This document shows, piece after piece, positions 49,701 through 58,084 of a DNA stretch of 64,000 nucleotides (position 1 is its first letter; each line of letters starts with the position of its first letter). The translations under genes and the position numbers were made by a program. Origin of the DNA: a virus; IMG/VR virus record IMGVR_UViG_3300012953_000015, positions 32,001 through 96,000 of that record; one strand, written 5' to 3'. The notes below the pieces were generated by a model. It was given only the letters and a program-made list of their open reading frames with translations, was not told where the DNA came from and ran no database searches.

Positions 49701-51247
49701 GAGAGGTTTCTGGTATGTCTCTCTTTTCCGATCCGGATACTTCTAGTGCTTCTTCTATCATTGATTCTACTAACAAAGCTCATGTCAACTTCAGGTTACC
49801 TCCAGTTCCTTTGAGAAGGCATGTAGGCGTTGGCGTTATACCAAAGAGAAGATCAAATTCAGCTTTCTGTTGGGGAATCCAGTTTGAAGCTGACGATGCG
49901 TACTCAGAATCAAATAAGAACTCTGGTCACGCTTCGATGATGCCTTCACTCACCAAATATCTTCCGGATTATGTAACTAACGCCATGAAGCTGCTTGTGA
50001 GAAATGATGCTACGTCTGATAGCAACAATAACAACGAATTTAGCCTCGAAAATATTCAAGTTATTACAAATGCTTCCGATAAGCCTGATTCAAAAGAGTG
50101 GGCAGCAGCTTTATACAGGAGAGGTGGAACTGTTTCGAAAGCTATTGTTGATGTTGATGGAAACCCAGCTGCTACGTCTAGGATGTTAAATTCTACTACT
50201 GATTTAGATTTAGGTTCTGTTAGAAGATTCCTTAAATTTACTACATATGTTCAGGGTGGATTTGATGGTGTCAATATTTTCGATAGACAAAAAGCAGCAC
50301 TTTCAGATGTAGCTGTTAAGAGAGAAATAGATTATCCTGAAGACCAAGGAGGCAAAGCTGGTTCCACTGCGGCAACTTATCTTAAAGCTATAGATGTTTT
50401 AGCTGAGAAGAGCGATGTAGACATTCAGCTTTTAGCGATACCGGGAATAAGACAAACTCTCGTAACTGATAAAGCTATTGAAGCGGTCGAAGACAGGTTC
50501 GATGCTATGTATCTAATGGATACTATAGTTTACGATTCTGATAACTTGCCAATCACTGGTTCAGATCAGAAAGTAAGCGTGACAAACACAGTTAGCAGAT
50601 TTAGCAACAGAGTCTTGGATACAAGTTTTGCAGCTGCGTATTTTCCAGACGTTATATTGCAAGATCCTAGTACAGGAACAAATGTTCAAGCTCCTCCCTC
50701 AGTAGCAGTTTTAGGAGCTTTTTCTCTTAATGACCAGCTAGCTCACCCATGGTTTGCTCCTGCTGGTTTTACAAGAGGCGCTATGGCTAATGTTTTAGAA
50801 ACTCAAGTTAAACTAAATCGAGACAACCTCGATGCTCTTTACGATGCAGATATAAATCCTATTACTTCTTTCCCACATTCTGAAGGAGTTATAGTTTTTG
50901 GTCAGAAAACTTTGCTGAGGACTCAAAGTTCTCTTGATAGAGTTAATGTTCGTAGGCTTCTTATAGAAATAAGAAGAAGAGTAAGGGCTGTTGCAAATAA
51001 TTTTATATTTGAGCCAAACAGAGAAGAAACTTTGGCGAGGTTCTCAGCGTCGGTCAACCCAATACTGCGACAGATTCAGCAGCAGCAGGGTGTCGATAGG
51101 TTCCTCGTTAGAATTGATACTTCTACAACGACTCAAACCGATGTAGAAAATAATACATTAAGGGGCAAGATATTCTTGCAACCAACACGTTCAGTTGAAT
51201 TTATTTCACTTGACTTTGTTATTACAAATGCAGGTGCAGAAATCTAA
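46781..51247 (+). CDS. Contractile tail sheath protein 2 (gp18-like)
   Basis: SPGVSTREIDL, KGRAFVP, WFAPAGFTRG, DRVNVRR, FEPN, PTRSVEFISLDF; three inserted repeat domains. Confidence 0.93.
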   Translation: MAELTFKSPGVSTREIDLSGPSRTGPVGTPAGVIGTATKGRAFVPLVFANLSEFVAEFGSVGSDKFGPMALREWFTNARAGLYLKVLGAGDGKARLDSFTSANAKGERQQAGSVLNAGFIVGERQVDPGTGRLAHNPYAGSNVAPVQAVGKITFGGVGTAGHMITLTSTGGVVKTYKFVNEATSETGNLDGTAVKVSIQGGGDAASMADQLQDAINNATNGHGSEAAATRLVASAVDGEDAQVALTQAAGQAGNIKIRSHQAAVTGTAAANVTITTDFTAGVDGQGAPGQTHVLGCLMREVAHAKAKTTITVSTHGSALAPAGGDFTKIVGKGITLTSTDGTTKQYVIVDNATADKDPVAGGNQAFVTGDLIEAADVLGTAVTVTSTDSRIGAVAVAIPNVTSSTQQTLLAQLLTAINSSNGHNAGTSAANSTKIKALNAVNGTLTLDQVKFGRSGNTDVVTDITLSVVTVGTAFTGGLGELIFQESGVGLDAATPATGVKFAPVARGILMFASGVVPSMSSSRASVSNNTAIGQRASEDSKKATATITLNGEIAAGKKFILVDAAGVTQTYTAGANDPANGAFDRDGGNTVNAASIAGCINQGGGRTIGITAVATGAVIKLTQDAAGVAGNTVILSDLDTATVSGASGTTLPGFFSGGTTSVARVSANSSRTFGTLEGLDNGGSALGAIDVKDSKQEFVMLLNGHKPTGAYPNALTASFDPQATNYFANILNTNPEALQEAGHLLYTHYDVFSSYAIPAGTDNPYLSAAERAANSGKSGLTNNTQELREVGFLMRSQWDRNVSAVAYPSLEDFSDRFRTAVSPTIRSQKFGGESQDLFKVHSLDDGSGGNAEYKITIENIKRSQSEKDRYGQFDLVVRDFNDNDREPVALERFSALSLNPQSDRYICRIIGDYRLFYDFDKRPGSQKVSLTGKHPNVSNYIRIEASTAVDEKTIDPTALPFGFRGVPRLSINGEVSGMSLFSDPDTSSASSIIDSTNKAHVNFRLPPVPLRRHVGVGVIPKRRSNSAFCWGIQFEADDAYSESNKNSGHASMMPSLTKYLPDYVTNAMKLLVRNDATSDSNNNNEFSLENIQVITNASDKPDSKEWAAALYRRGGTVSKAIVDVDGNPAATSRMLNSTTDLDLGSVRRFLKFTTYVQGGFDGVNIFDRQKAALSDVAVKREIDYPEDQGGKAGSTAATYLKAIDVLAEKSDVDIQLLAIPGIRQTLVTDKAIEAVEDRFDAMYLMDTIVYDSDNLPITGSDQKVSVTNTVSRFSNRVLDTSFAAAYFPDVILQDPSTGTNVQAPPSVAVLGAFSLNDQLAHPWFAPAGFTRGAMANVLETQVKLNRDNLDALYDADINPITSFPHSEGVIVFGQKTLLRTQSSLDRVNVRRLLIEIRRRVRAVANNFIFEPNREETLARFSASVNPILRQIQQQQGVDRFLVRIDTSTTTQTDVENNTLRGKIFLQPTRSVEFISLDFVITNAGAEI

Positions 51248-51255
51248 TATAGAGT

Positions 51256-51262
51256 ATATTTA
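51256..51262 (+). promoter_or_regulatory. Putative late promoter motif ATAWTTA
   Basis: ATATTTA starting 28 nt before the tail tube ATG. Confidence 0.5.
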
Positions 51263-51283
51263 AAAGGAGATTAGGAGAAAAAA

Positions 51284-51772
51284 ATGGCCGAAACACTAAA
51301 TGTCTCAAGCATGTTACCGAACAAGTTCGAACCTAAAAGAAAGTTTAGATGGGTCTTCGCAATTGAAGGTGTCGATGCTTACTTAATCAAAACTGCCGCA
51401 AGGCCTACGATGAACACGACGGGTATTGAAATACCTTTTATGAATTCGCATAGGTATATTGCTGGTAAGACAAAGTTTGACCCGATCGCTGTAACTTTAC
51501 ACGATCCAATTGCACCGTCTGGAGCACAGCAAGTTATGGAATGGGTGAGAACACATTTCGAATCAGTATCAGGTAGAGCTGGTTATGCTGATTTCTATAA
51601 GCGAGATTGCCAACTCAAGCTTTTAGATCCTGTTGGGACTGTCGTTGAACTTTGGGATATCAAAGGTTGCTTCCTTGAATCAGCTGGGTTTGGTGACTTA
51701 GATTATGGAACTGAAGATCCTGCTGAGATTTCATTATCAATCAGATTTGATAATTGCGTACTGCAGTACTAG
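51284..51772 (+). CDS. Tail tube protein (gp19-like)
   Basis: FEPKRKFRW, RP..EIPFMN..YIAGK, VMEW, LLDP.G..VE.W.IKGCF, LDY; 162 aa directly after the sheaths. Confidence 0.92.
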   Translation: MAETLNVSSMLPNKFEPKRKFRWVFAIEGVDAYLIKTAARPTMNTTGIEIPFMNSHRYIAGKTKFDPIAVTLHDPIAPSGAQQVMEWVRTHFESVSGRAGYADFYKRDCQLKLLDPVGTVVELWDIKGCFLESAGFGDLDYGTEDPAEISLSIRFDNCVLQY

Positions 51773-51800
51773 ATACTAAAATAAGATAATCTTCTTTTGC

Positions 51801-51837
51801 AAAAATCAAGAAGTCTTTTAGACTTCTTGATTTTTTT
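51801..51837 (+). terminator. Rho-independent terminator after tail tube
   Basis: AAAAATCAAGAAGTC-TTTTA-GACTTCTTGATTTTTTT. Confidence 0.85.
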
Positions 51838-51900
51838 GTTTACTCTGCGAAAATATCAAATAAATTTTATTCTTAAGGCCATTTAATTAAGAGGTATTTT

Positions 51901-52758
51901 ATGAGCGAAAACGAAAACACCCGTGGAGAACTGTTCGGGCATGGTTCTAGTCATGCAAAATCTCAAGGGATTGCAACAAGCAATGTAATGAAAGATGATT
52001 TTGGTTTTGAAGTTCCAATTGAATCTGTCCCACTTCCATCTAAAGGACTAGTTTATGACGCTGACAGTCCTCTTCACGGACAAGAAACTTTAGAGATTAA
52101 AGCTATGACAGCTAAAGATGAAGATATCTTAACATCTAGGGCTCTTATTAAAAAAGGTACGGTTATAACTCACCTTCTCAAGTCATGTTTAATAGACAAA
52201 ACAATAAACCCCGAAGAAATGCTGTCGGGTGACAGAAACGCAATCATGACGGCTCTAAGGGTGACTGGTTACGGTCCGGAGTATGAAGTTGAAGTAGACT
52301 GCCCTGCTTGTGGCGAGAGATCTAAACAAGCTTTCGATCTTACCGACATGCCTATCAATTCTTTGATGGTAGATCCAGTCTCTTCAGGCGCTAACGTTTT
52401 TGAGTTCGTATTACCAACCACTGGTTTACCTGTAAGGTTTAAATTTCTAACCGGTGAAGACGAGCAAGAAATTATGACTTTAGCCGAAAGAAGAAAAAAG
52501 AAAGGTTTTACAGCTGATAACGTAGTTACTCAGAGGTTAAGTTACTCTATACAAGAGATTAATGGAATAAAAGACAAAAATAAGATAAACATGTTTATTA
52601 AAAACATGCCTGCTCGAGATTCTCTAGAATTAAGAAGGTTTATTGACAAAAACGAGCCAGGTATCGATCTTTCCGGTTGGTTAGAATGTCCTCACTGTCA
52701 AGAAACATCGGAGGTTAAGTTGCCCATTGGGGCCTCGTTTTTTTGGCCTGACACCTGA
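51901..52758 (+). CDS. Tail/baseplate-hub assembly chaperone (T4 gp26-like)
   Basis: LPSKG..Y, MTAKDEDIL, two CxxC motifs (CPAC, CPHC), ends FFWPDT; between tube and tape measure. Confidence 0.75.
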   Translation: MSENENTRGELFGHGSSHAKSQGIATSNVMKDDFGFEVPIESVPLPSKGLVYDADSPLHGQETLEIKAMTAKDEDILTSRALIKKGTVITHLLKSCLIDKTINPEEMLSGDRNAIMTALRVTGYGPEYEVEVDCPACGERSKQAFDLTDMPINSLMVDPVSSGANVFEFVLPTTGLPVRFKFLTGEDEQEIMTLAERRKKKGFTADNVVTQRLSYSIQEINGIKDKNKINMFIKNMPARDSLELRRFIDKNEPGIDLSGWLECPHCQETSEVKLPIGASFFWPDT

Positions 52759-53014
52759 TTATAAAGAAGTCTTTTTAGATCAAATATTTTTGTTAATGTA
52801 TTATATGGGATTCGGTTATAGAGAATGCTATATGTTACCAGTTTGGCAAAGGATATGGTTTATAAAAAGAATAAATAAAGAAATATCTAGGACCGCTGAC
52901 AATAATAATGGTAATGCCGCAACTAGAGGAGCTCATCATAACGATCCCTCCTCTAGGGCATTAATGGGACGCCAACGTGCACATGTTCCAGCAAAATTGA
53001 GAAGATTTACATAA
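52727..53014 (+). CDS. gp51-like/gpT-like chaperone extension, possibly reached by frameshift
   Basis: LMYYMGFGYRECYMLPVWQRIWFI pattern; overlaps the upstream ORF in the +1 frame across a T7 run. Confidence 0.6.
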   Translation: MGPRFFGLTPDYKEVFLDQIFLLMYYMGFGYRECYMLPVWQRIWFIKRINKEISRTADNNNGNAATRGAHHNDPSSRALMGRQRAHVPAKLRRFT

Positions 53015-53022
53015 TTAATATT

Positions 53023-53280
53023 ATGCTTAACGAAATAAAATGGAAAGATTTTTTTGCTGATTGCGCTTTATACATCATGAGCGAGCAGGATACATTTAAA
53101 TTAAATGGCGAAAAAGAAATCGTAAATGTCATTGCAGAAAACATTTCAGTTTCTAGAAAGCTTTATAACTCTCTTTGTTCTGAGGCTACGGATATAGAGG
53201 AAATTAAGACTATTATAATTAAAAAGAAAAGAGCATCGAAGATGTTCTTTGAGTCTACCGGCATCCAGTGGCCTTTTTAA
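53023..53280 (+). CDS. Hypothetical protein
   Basis: 85-aa ORF; ATAATTA motif at 53011-17 and no SD, so possibly leaderless. Confidence 0.55.
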   Translation: MLNEIKWKDFFADCALYIMSEQDTFKLNGEKEIVNVIAENISVSRKLYNSLCSEATDIEEIKTIIIKKKRASKMFFESTGIQWPF

Positions 53281-53304
53281 GCTGTTGAGAAATCCTCCAG
53301 CGTA

Positions 53305-53311
53305 ATAATTA
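53305..53311 (+). promoter_or_regulatory. Putative late promoter motif ATAWTTA
   Basis: ATAATTA starting 36 nt before the tape measure ATG. Confidence 0.5.
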
Positions 53312-53340
53312 TTGCTGATGGCTGACTTTGAGGTTTAATA

Positions 53341-56300
53341 ATGGCTGATACATCTGATTTAGGCAAGCAAGCCGAACTACTATCACAGATAAATAGCCTT
53401 CTTGCACAAAGGTGCGATCTTGAAGCTAAAATAGCCAACTCCTGTGGCAAGCAAGGCGCAATGGCCGGCGAAATGGCTGCTGCAACTAACGCTTCTGCTC
53501 AAGGACTTAAAGACCTCGGAGGAGGTTGGTCTGAAGTTAATAGCGCTTTAGATGAGGGTTCTAGAAAACAGAAAGATATCAACAAACAATCTAAAGGTTT
53601 TCTAAAAGGAATGCTTAGCAAATCCAAAGGAATCGTTGGAGCTGCTGCTGGTTTCGGTGTTTTCACTAAAGGTTTAAAGTTTGCAGCCCAAGGCCTTAAG
53701 GGCGTTGCTATGGCCGGCAAATCTATGATAAAAGGCGTTTTCAACATCTCGAAAGCGATATTGAAAATACCATTCAAGATATTTGGCGGGTTGATCGGCA
53801 TGGCGAATAAGAACGCCGGTGCCGGAACAGCATTAAGACAAGCATATGAAGACGTGCGCAAAGAGTTTGGATCTTTTTCGGAAGGTCCAGCTAAAAACGT
53901 TATCGCTGGTTTTAATGACATGCGAAGTTCAGCAGGCAATCTAGCTGGAACAGGTTTGTCAGCATCTAGAGTTTTTGGATACGGGCCTGAAGGCATGGCT
54001 AAGATGATGGGTGCTGTTGCAGACATCGCTAAAGGTCTGGGCCCAGCTATAAACTTACTTGGCGATGAGTTTGGCAAAGTTGCTGAACAAGCTGTCATGT
54101 TCTCCAAAGGGTTAGGTTTGTCCGGGGAACAAATGGGTAAGCTTATGAAGGATGCAAAACTTTCAGGTAAATCCCAAACTGACATGATGACTGAAGTTGG
54201 AAGCATGTCGCTTCAAATGGCTGACAAGTTTGGATTAAGTTCTAAAGACATCGGTCGTGATATAGCTGACATGAAATCAGATTTTGTGTCTTTCGGTAAC
54301 GTATCTACAGCAGAAATGGGAGCTGCTTCTGCTTATGCTAGATCTCTTGGCATGGATATGAAAGATCTCAAGGGCGTCGTCGATAAATTCGATGATTTTG
54401 AGGGAGCAGCTGAAAGCGTTGGACAATTGAATCAGGCTTTTGGTATTCAGCTAGACACTATGAAGATGATGAATGCTGAAAACCCTGCCGAAAGAATTGA
54501 CATGATGCGAAAAGCTTTCTTCGCGGCCGGCAAGTCTATTGAGAACATGACGCGCCAAGAAAAGAAGCTTATGATGCAACAAACCGGCTTGACTGAGTCT
54601 GCTCTCAAGAGCGCTTTTGCTGCTGAAAACCAAGGGGTAGCATACGAAGACTTCGCAGACGCTGCAGCTGAGTCTGAAGAAAATCAATTGTCGCAAGAAG
54701 AAGTCATGCTTAAGTTAGCAAAAGCGATTGAAAAAATCAGTGCTGCTGGCCCAGGGTTTACCGGCATGTTTGACGCATTCAGCAAGGGCTTTATGAAAGC
54801 CGTCATGTACGACGATGACATGAAAGATCTTTTCAGAACAATCAGACAGATGCTTAGAGCGGTTTTTAAGTTAGGAAAAGTTTTTGGAACCTTTTTTGTC
54901 GCGCTTTTAAAAGGCTCTGGGGTAATTAAAGCTCTTAAAGAATTTTTCAACCCCAAAATTATTTCAACTTTTACCAAGACAATAACTCCCATGTTGAAGG
55001 GTTTAGCGAATTTCTTAACTACTGGTAAAGGTAATCCAGAAAAGCTTTTTGATACATTTTTTGGCGCCTTAGATAAAATGTTCAGCGCTCGTGGAACAGC
55101 CGGCAAAAAAGTTGCTACTGCATTTGGAAGATTGATAGAGATGTTAGCAACTCTGTTTGCGAAGCTAGCTGAATGGGCAAAACCAAAAATTATTCCCTAT
55201 TTGAAAGGTTTGATTACAGGGGTTCAGAAATTCTTTTCCGGTTCTGGAATAGGTGCCGGAATAGCAGATGCCCTTGGAAAATTGATGGTTGGTGCATTTG
55301 TAAGCGCTTTTAAATTCGTATTTTCAGCAGCAGGCCAAGGCATAAAAGCTCTTAAGAAAACATTTAAAGCATGGTATGATAAAGACGCTCCTAACGCCAT
55401 CCGCGCAGCCTCGACCGGAGCTAACTTATTGGGCGTAGGTACTAGAATTATGGGTAAGTTCGGTATGGCCCTTAACCCATATGCTGCTCTGGCCATGGCA
55501 GCCTCATCCTTTTCCAAAGGCTTTGAAAACATGGACAAAGCTGTTGACAAAGGCATAACAGGAGTAAATAGAACCCTTTCAGTTGGGGCAGCTTCTTATT
55601 TAGAGTTGCTTACCTTTGGATTAATGCCCGATCACATATCTGCCAAACTAGGGAATTTTGTCGGACAGTTGCTCGATGTCCTAGACGGATTTTTTAAAAA
55701 AATTGGATTAGGGTCGTTTTTTGATGGGTTTAAGCAAGAAGTAGCTGGCGTCATCCAAATATTCAAAGGCATTGGAGATATAGTTAGAGGACTTTTTTCT
55801 GGAGACGCGGCAAAAGTTCAAGAAGGTTTAGAGAGCCTTATGAGCGGTATTTTCGATACGATCGTAGGTAGAGTAAAAATGATTGGTACTGTACTGTTAC
55901 AACTTGTAACTCGAGTACTTCCTTGGGTCGGTAAGCTTTTGATGAAAATACTCGGAACAGTGGTTAAATGGGTAGTCACTGAGTTACCAAAAGCTATAAT
56001 TGGGGCTTTTGTGTTTGTCGGGAAAAAATTGGTTAAAGGCGGCCAGAATTTGATGAGCTTTTTCACTGATAAGAAATTCCGCGGAAAGGTATGGAAACAA
56101 GCAAAAGACTTCGCGGGGTCTATAGTGATGGGTTTGATAAACGGAATAAAGGACTTTATTGTTTACCTTGCAGAGTGGTTGGCCGAGATATGGGTTACAT
56201 TTGCAGACTTTTGGGACATTAATTCCCCATCTGGAAAAATGATGCAAGCCGGGCAAGATCTTGTTGACGGAATAATGGAGACTTTTGCTGCCCTTCCCCA

Positions 56301-57885
56301 ATTGATTCTTAACGTCGCAAGGGAGGCTTGGGATTCTATCAAGGGCGCTTTCGCCGGAGTTGCAGCTTGGGGTGCAGGCTTAGTAAAGTCCATGTTTGCA
56401 CCGTTCGCGACTATGGCGTCAACAATCGGAGGCTATGCCGAGGATGCTTGGGCAGCCGTTAAAAATGCTTTTAATGGCGTTAAAAAGTTTTTTGATTCTG
56501 TCGGTAAGGCTATCATCAATGGCGTCATGGCACCGATCAGGGCTATCAAGCGCAAAATCAGACAGGTGTTTGACGCATTACCTGACGTAATAAAAGATAG
56601 ACTCGTCATGCGCTCACCATCGAAAGTGTTCGCGGAAATTGGTCAAGGCATGAGCGACGGAATGACTCAACAATTTGATAAAGAAGCAATTAGCGGTGTG
56701 GGTAAAACGATGGATGCAACGGTGAAGACAGCTCAAGATGGTTTAAAAGGAGGAAACTATAACACGGGCATCGGCGAAGCTATTGTTAGTGAGATAAAAT
56801 CTCTCGGTCCCATGTTGGCTGCTGCTTCTATGGCTGCTATAGTAGAGATGGGAGAGTCTTTTAAAGATGGCTCGAAGTATATCGGCGCACTTTTTACTGG
56901 TTTGTTCACCGGTGAAATAGGCAACCTCTTAGGCTCAGTTTTTGGAAGTATTCCTGGAAAGATAACCTCCCTGATCTCGGGTGTCTTCCCCATATTGAAA
57001 GATGCTTTTGCGACAATGGGCAAGCTTGTGTACAAGGGCATGAGTTTCTTTATGAAAATGTTCAAGGGAGATAGCATAGTTGACGTTTTCTCCAAGATAA
57101 TGAATACAGTCGGCGCAGTTGCTAAAAGGGTTTTACAGCTTGTCACAAAACAAATGATGAAGTTATCAAAAGTGATTGGAATCATGGGCAAAAAAGGCAT
57201 GGGAATGTCTAAACTCAGTATTTTCTCGAGGCAAAACAAAAACATTTTTAAGTCTCTTGCGATAATGTTTAGGGACATGGTGAAAGTTTTAAGGAGGATA
57301 AAATTCGCTGTTGTTCATGACCTTTTAGAGTCTACTCTTTACTCAGTTCAGATGATTGATAAAACTTTCAAGGTAGTTTCGAGACTTAAGCCATCAGACT
57401 TAAGTAAAGCCCCAATGTTTAAAGCAGATTTTAGACAGAAAGTCCTTGACGGTTACGATCGATTAGGAGAAATGCTGGCTGATATTGGATATATAACTGC
57501 GGAACATCTAGGCAATTTCGACAATCGTCCGACTGAAGCTATGTTTAAAGCAGTCATGGAGACGTCTAGACTTTCCAAGGTTATTAAACAACAATTTGCA
57601 GGTGGTTCCGGAACCGTTGTAAGGGTAGTTGAAGATTTAGTAGACACTTATAACAAAACGTATGAAGCTTTAGAAGATGCCGCGAATCAACCAGCAAACT
57701 TGGCAATAAAGTTGGATAACTTTGCTTCAAAGGTAGGCATCAACAGAGATACATTCACAGTTAAAAATGAAAAGCTTAATTTCGAAGTTAATGTAGCAGT
57801 AGTTCTGAACGTTGATGAGTTAGGAAAGACTTTGACGAATAGAAAGATTATGGGTGCTAGGACCTTGAAGAAAGCATTAGGATAG
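53341..57885 (+). CDS. Tape measure protein
   Basis: 1514 aa, Ala/Gly/Lys/Met-rich and helical with periodic W/F residues; follows tube and chaperones. Confidence 0.88.
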   Translation: MADTSDLGKQAELLSQINSLLAQRCDLEAKIANSCGKQGAMAGEMAAATNASAQGLKDLGGGWSEVNSALDEGSRKQKDINKQSKGFLKGMLSKSKGIVGAAAGFGVFTKGLKFAAQGLKGVAMAGKSMIKGVFNISKAILKIPFKIFGGLIGMANKNAGAGTALRQAYEDVRKEFGSFSEGPAKNVIAGFNDMRSSAGNLAGTGLSASRVFGYGPEGMAKMMGAVADIAKGLGPAINLLGDEFGKVAEQAVMFSKGLGLSGEQMGKLMKDAKLSGKSQTDMMTEVGSMSLQMADKFGLSSKDIGRDIADMKSDFVSFGNVSTAEMGAASAYARSLGMDMKDLKGVVDKFDDFEGAAESVGQLNQAFGIQLDTMKMMNAENPAERIDMMRKAFFAAGKSIENMTRQEKKLMMQQTGLTESALKSAFAAENQGVAYEDFADAAAESEENQLSQEEVMLKLAKAIEKISAAGPGFTGMFDAFSKGFMKAVMYDDDMKDLFRTIRQMLRAVFKLGKVFGTFFVALLKGSGVIKALKEFFNPKIISTFTKTITPMLKGLANFLTTGKGNPEKLFDTFFGALDKMFSARGTAGKKVATAFGRLIEMLATLFAKLAEWAKPKIIPYLKGLITGVQKFFSGSGIGAGIADALGKLMVGAFVSAFKFVFSAAGQGIKALKKTFKAWYDKDAPNAIRAASTGANLLGVGTRIMGKFGMALNPYAALAMAASSFSKGFENMDKAVDKGITGVNRTLSVGAASYLELLTFGLMPDHISAKLGNFVGQLLDVLDGFFKKIGLGSFFDGFKQEVAGVIQIFKGIGDIVRGLFSGDAAKVQEGLESLMSGIFDTIVGRVKMIGTVLLQLVTRVLPWVGKLLMKILGTVVKWVVTELPKAIIGAFVFVGKKLVKGGQNLMSFFTDKKFRGKVWKQAKDFAGSIVMGLINGIKDFIVYLAEWLAEIWVTFADFWDINSPSGKMMQAGQDLVDGIMETFAALPQLILNVAREAWDSIKGAFAGVAAWGAGLVKSMFAPFATMASTIGGYAEDAWAAVKNAFNGVKKFFDSVGKAIINGVMAPIRAIKRKIRQVFDALPDVIKDRLVMRSPSKVFAEIGQGMSDGMTQQFDKEAISGVGKTMDATVKTAQDGLKGGNYNTGIGEAIVSEIKSLGPMLAAASMAAIVEMGESFKDGSKYIGALFTGLFTGEIGNLLGSVFGSIPGKITSLISGVFPILKDAFATMGKLVYKGMSFFMKMFKGDSIVDVFSKIMNTVGAVAKRVLQLVTKQMMKLSKVIGIMGKKGMGMSKLSIFSRQNKNIFKSLAIMFRDMVKVLRRIKFAVVHDLLESTLYSVQMIDKTFKVVSRLKPSDLSKAPMFKADFRQKVLDGYDRLGEMLADIGYITAEHLGNFDNRPTEAMFKAVMETSRLSKVIKQQFAGGSGTVVRVVEDLVDTYNKTYEALEDAANQPANLAIKLDNFASKVGINRDTFTVKNEKLNFEVNVAVVLNVDELGKTLTNRKIMGARTLKKALG

Positions 57886-57895
57886 GAGATTGATC

Positions 57896-58084
57896 ATGAG
57901 TGAAAACAACAAAAAAGATCTCGATGATCTAGATATCGATAAAGTTAAAGAGATATACAATAACATTGTAGAAGATTTTCCTTTTGAAAAATATGAAAAA
58001 TTAGTAGAAGCTTTAAAAGAAGTTATGTCAGACCCTAGAATGAAGAAAGAAGTGAAATTATATTTCAAGGAGAACCCTAAGTAA
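57896..58084 (+). CDS. Small hypothetical protein
   Basis: AGGAG SD at 57884-88 and ATG 57896; stop overlaps the next start (TAATG). Confidence 0.55.
   Translation: MSENNKKDLDDLDIDKVKEIYNNIVEDFPFEKYEKLVEALKEVMSDPRMKKEVKLYFKENPK

Noticed and set aside
53499-57278. Long antisense ORFs over the tape measure (also 26973-27485, 32153-32686, 59508-60002, 62922-63491)
   Set aside because: Shadow ORFs caused by codon bias or low complexity of the sense genes; no recognisable motifs.
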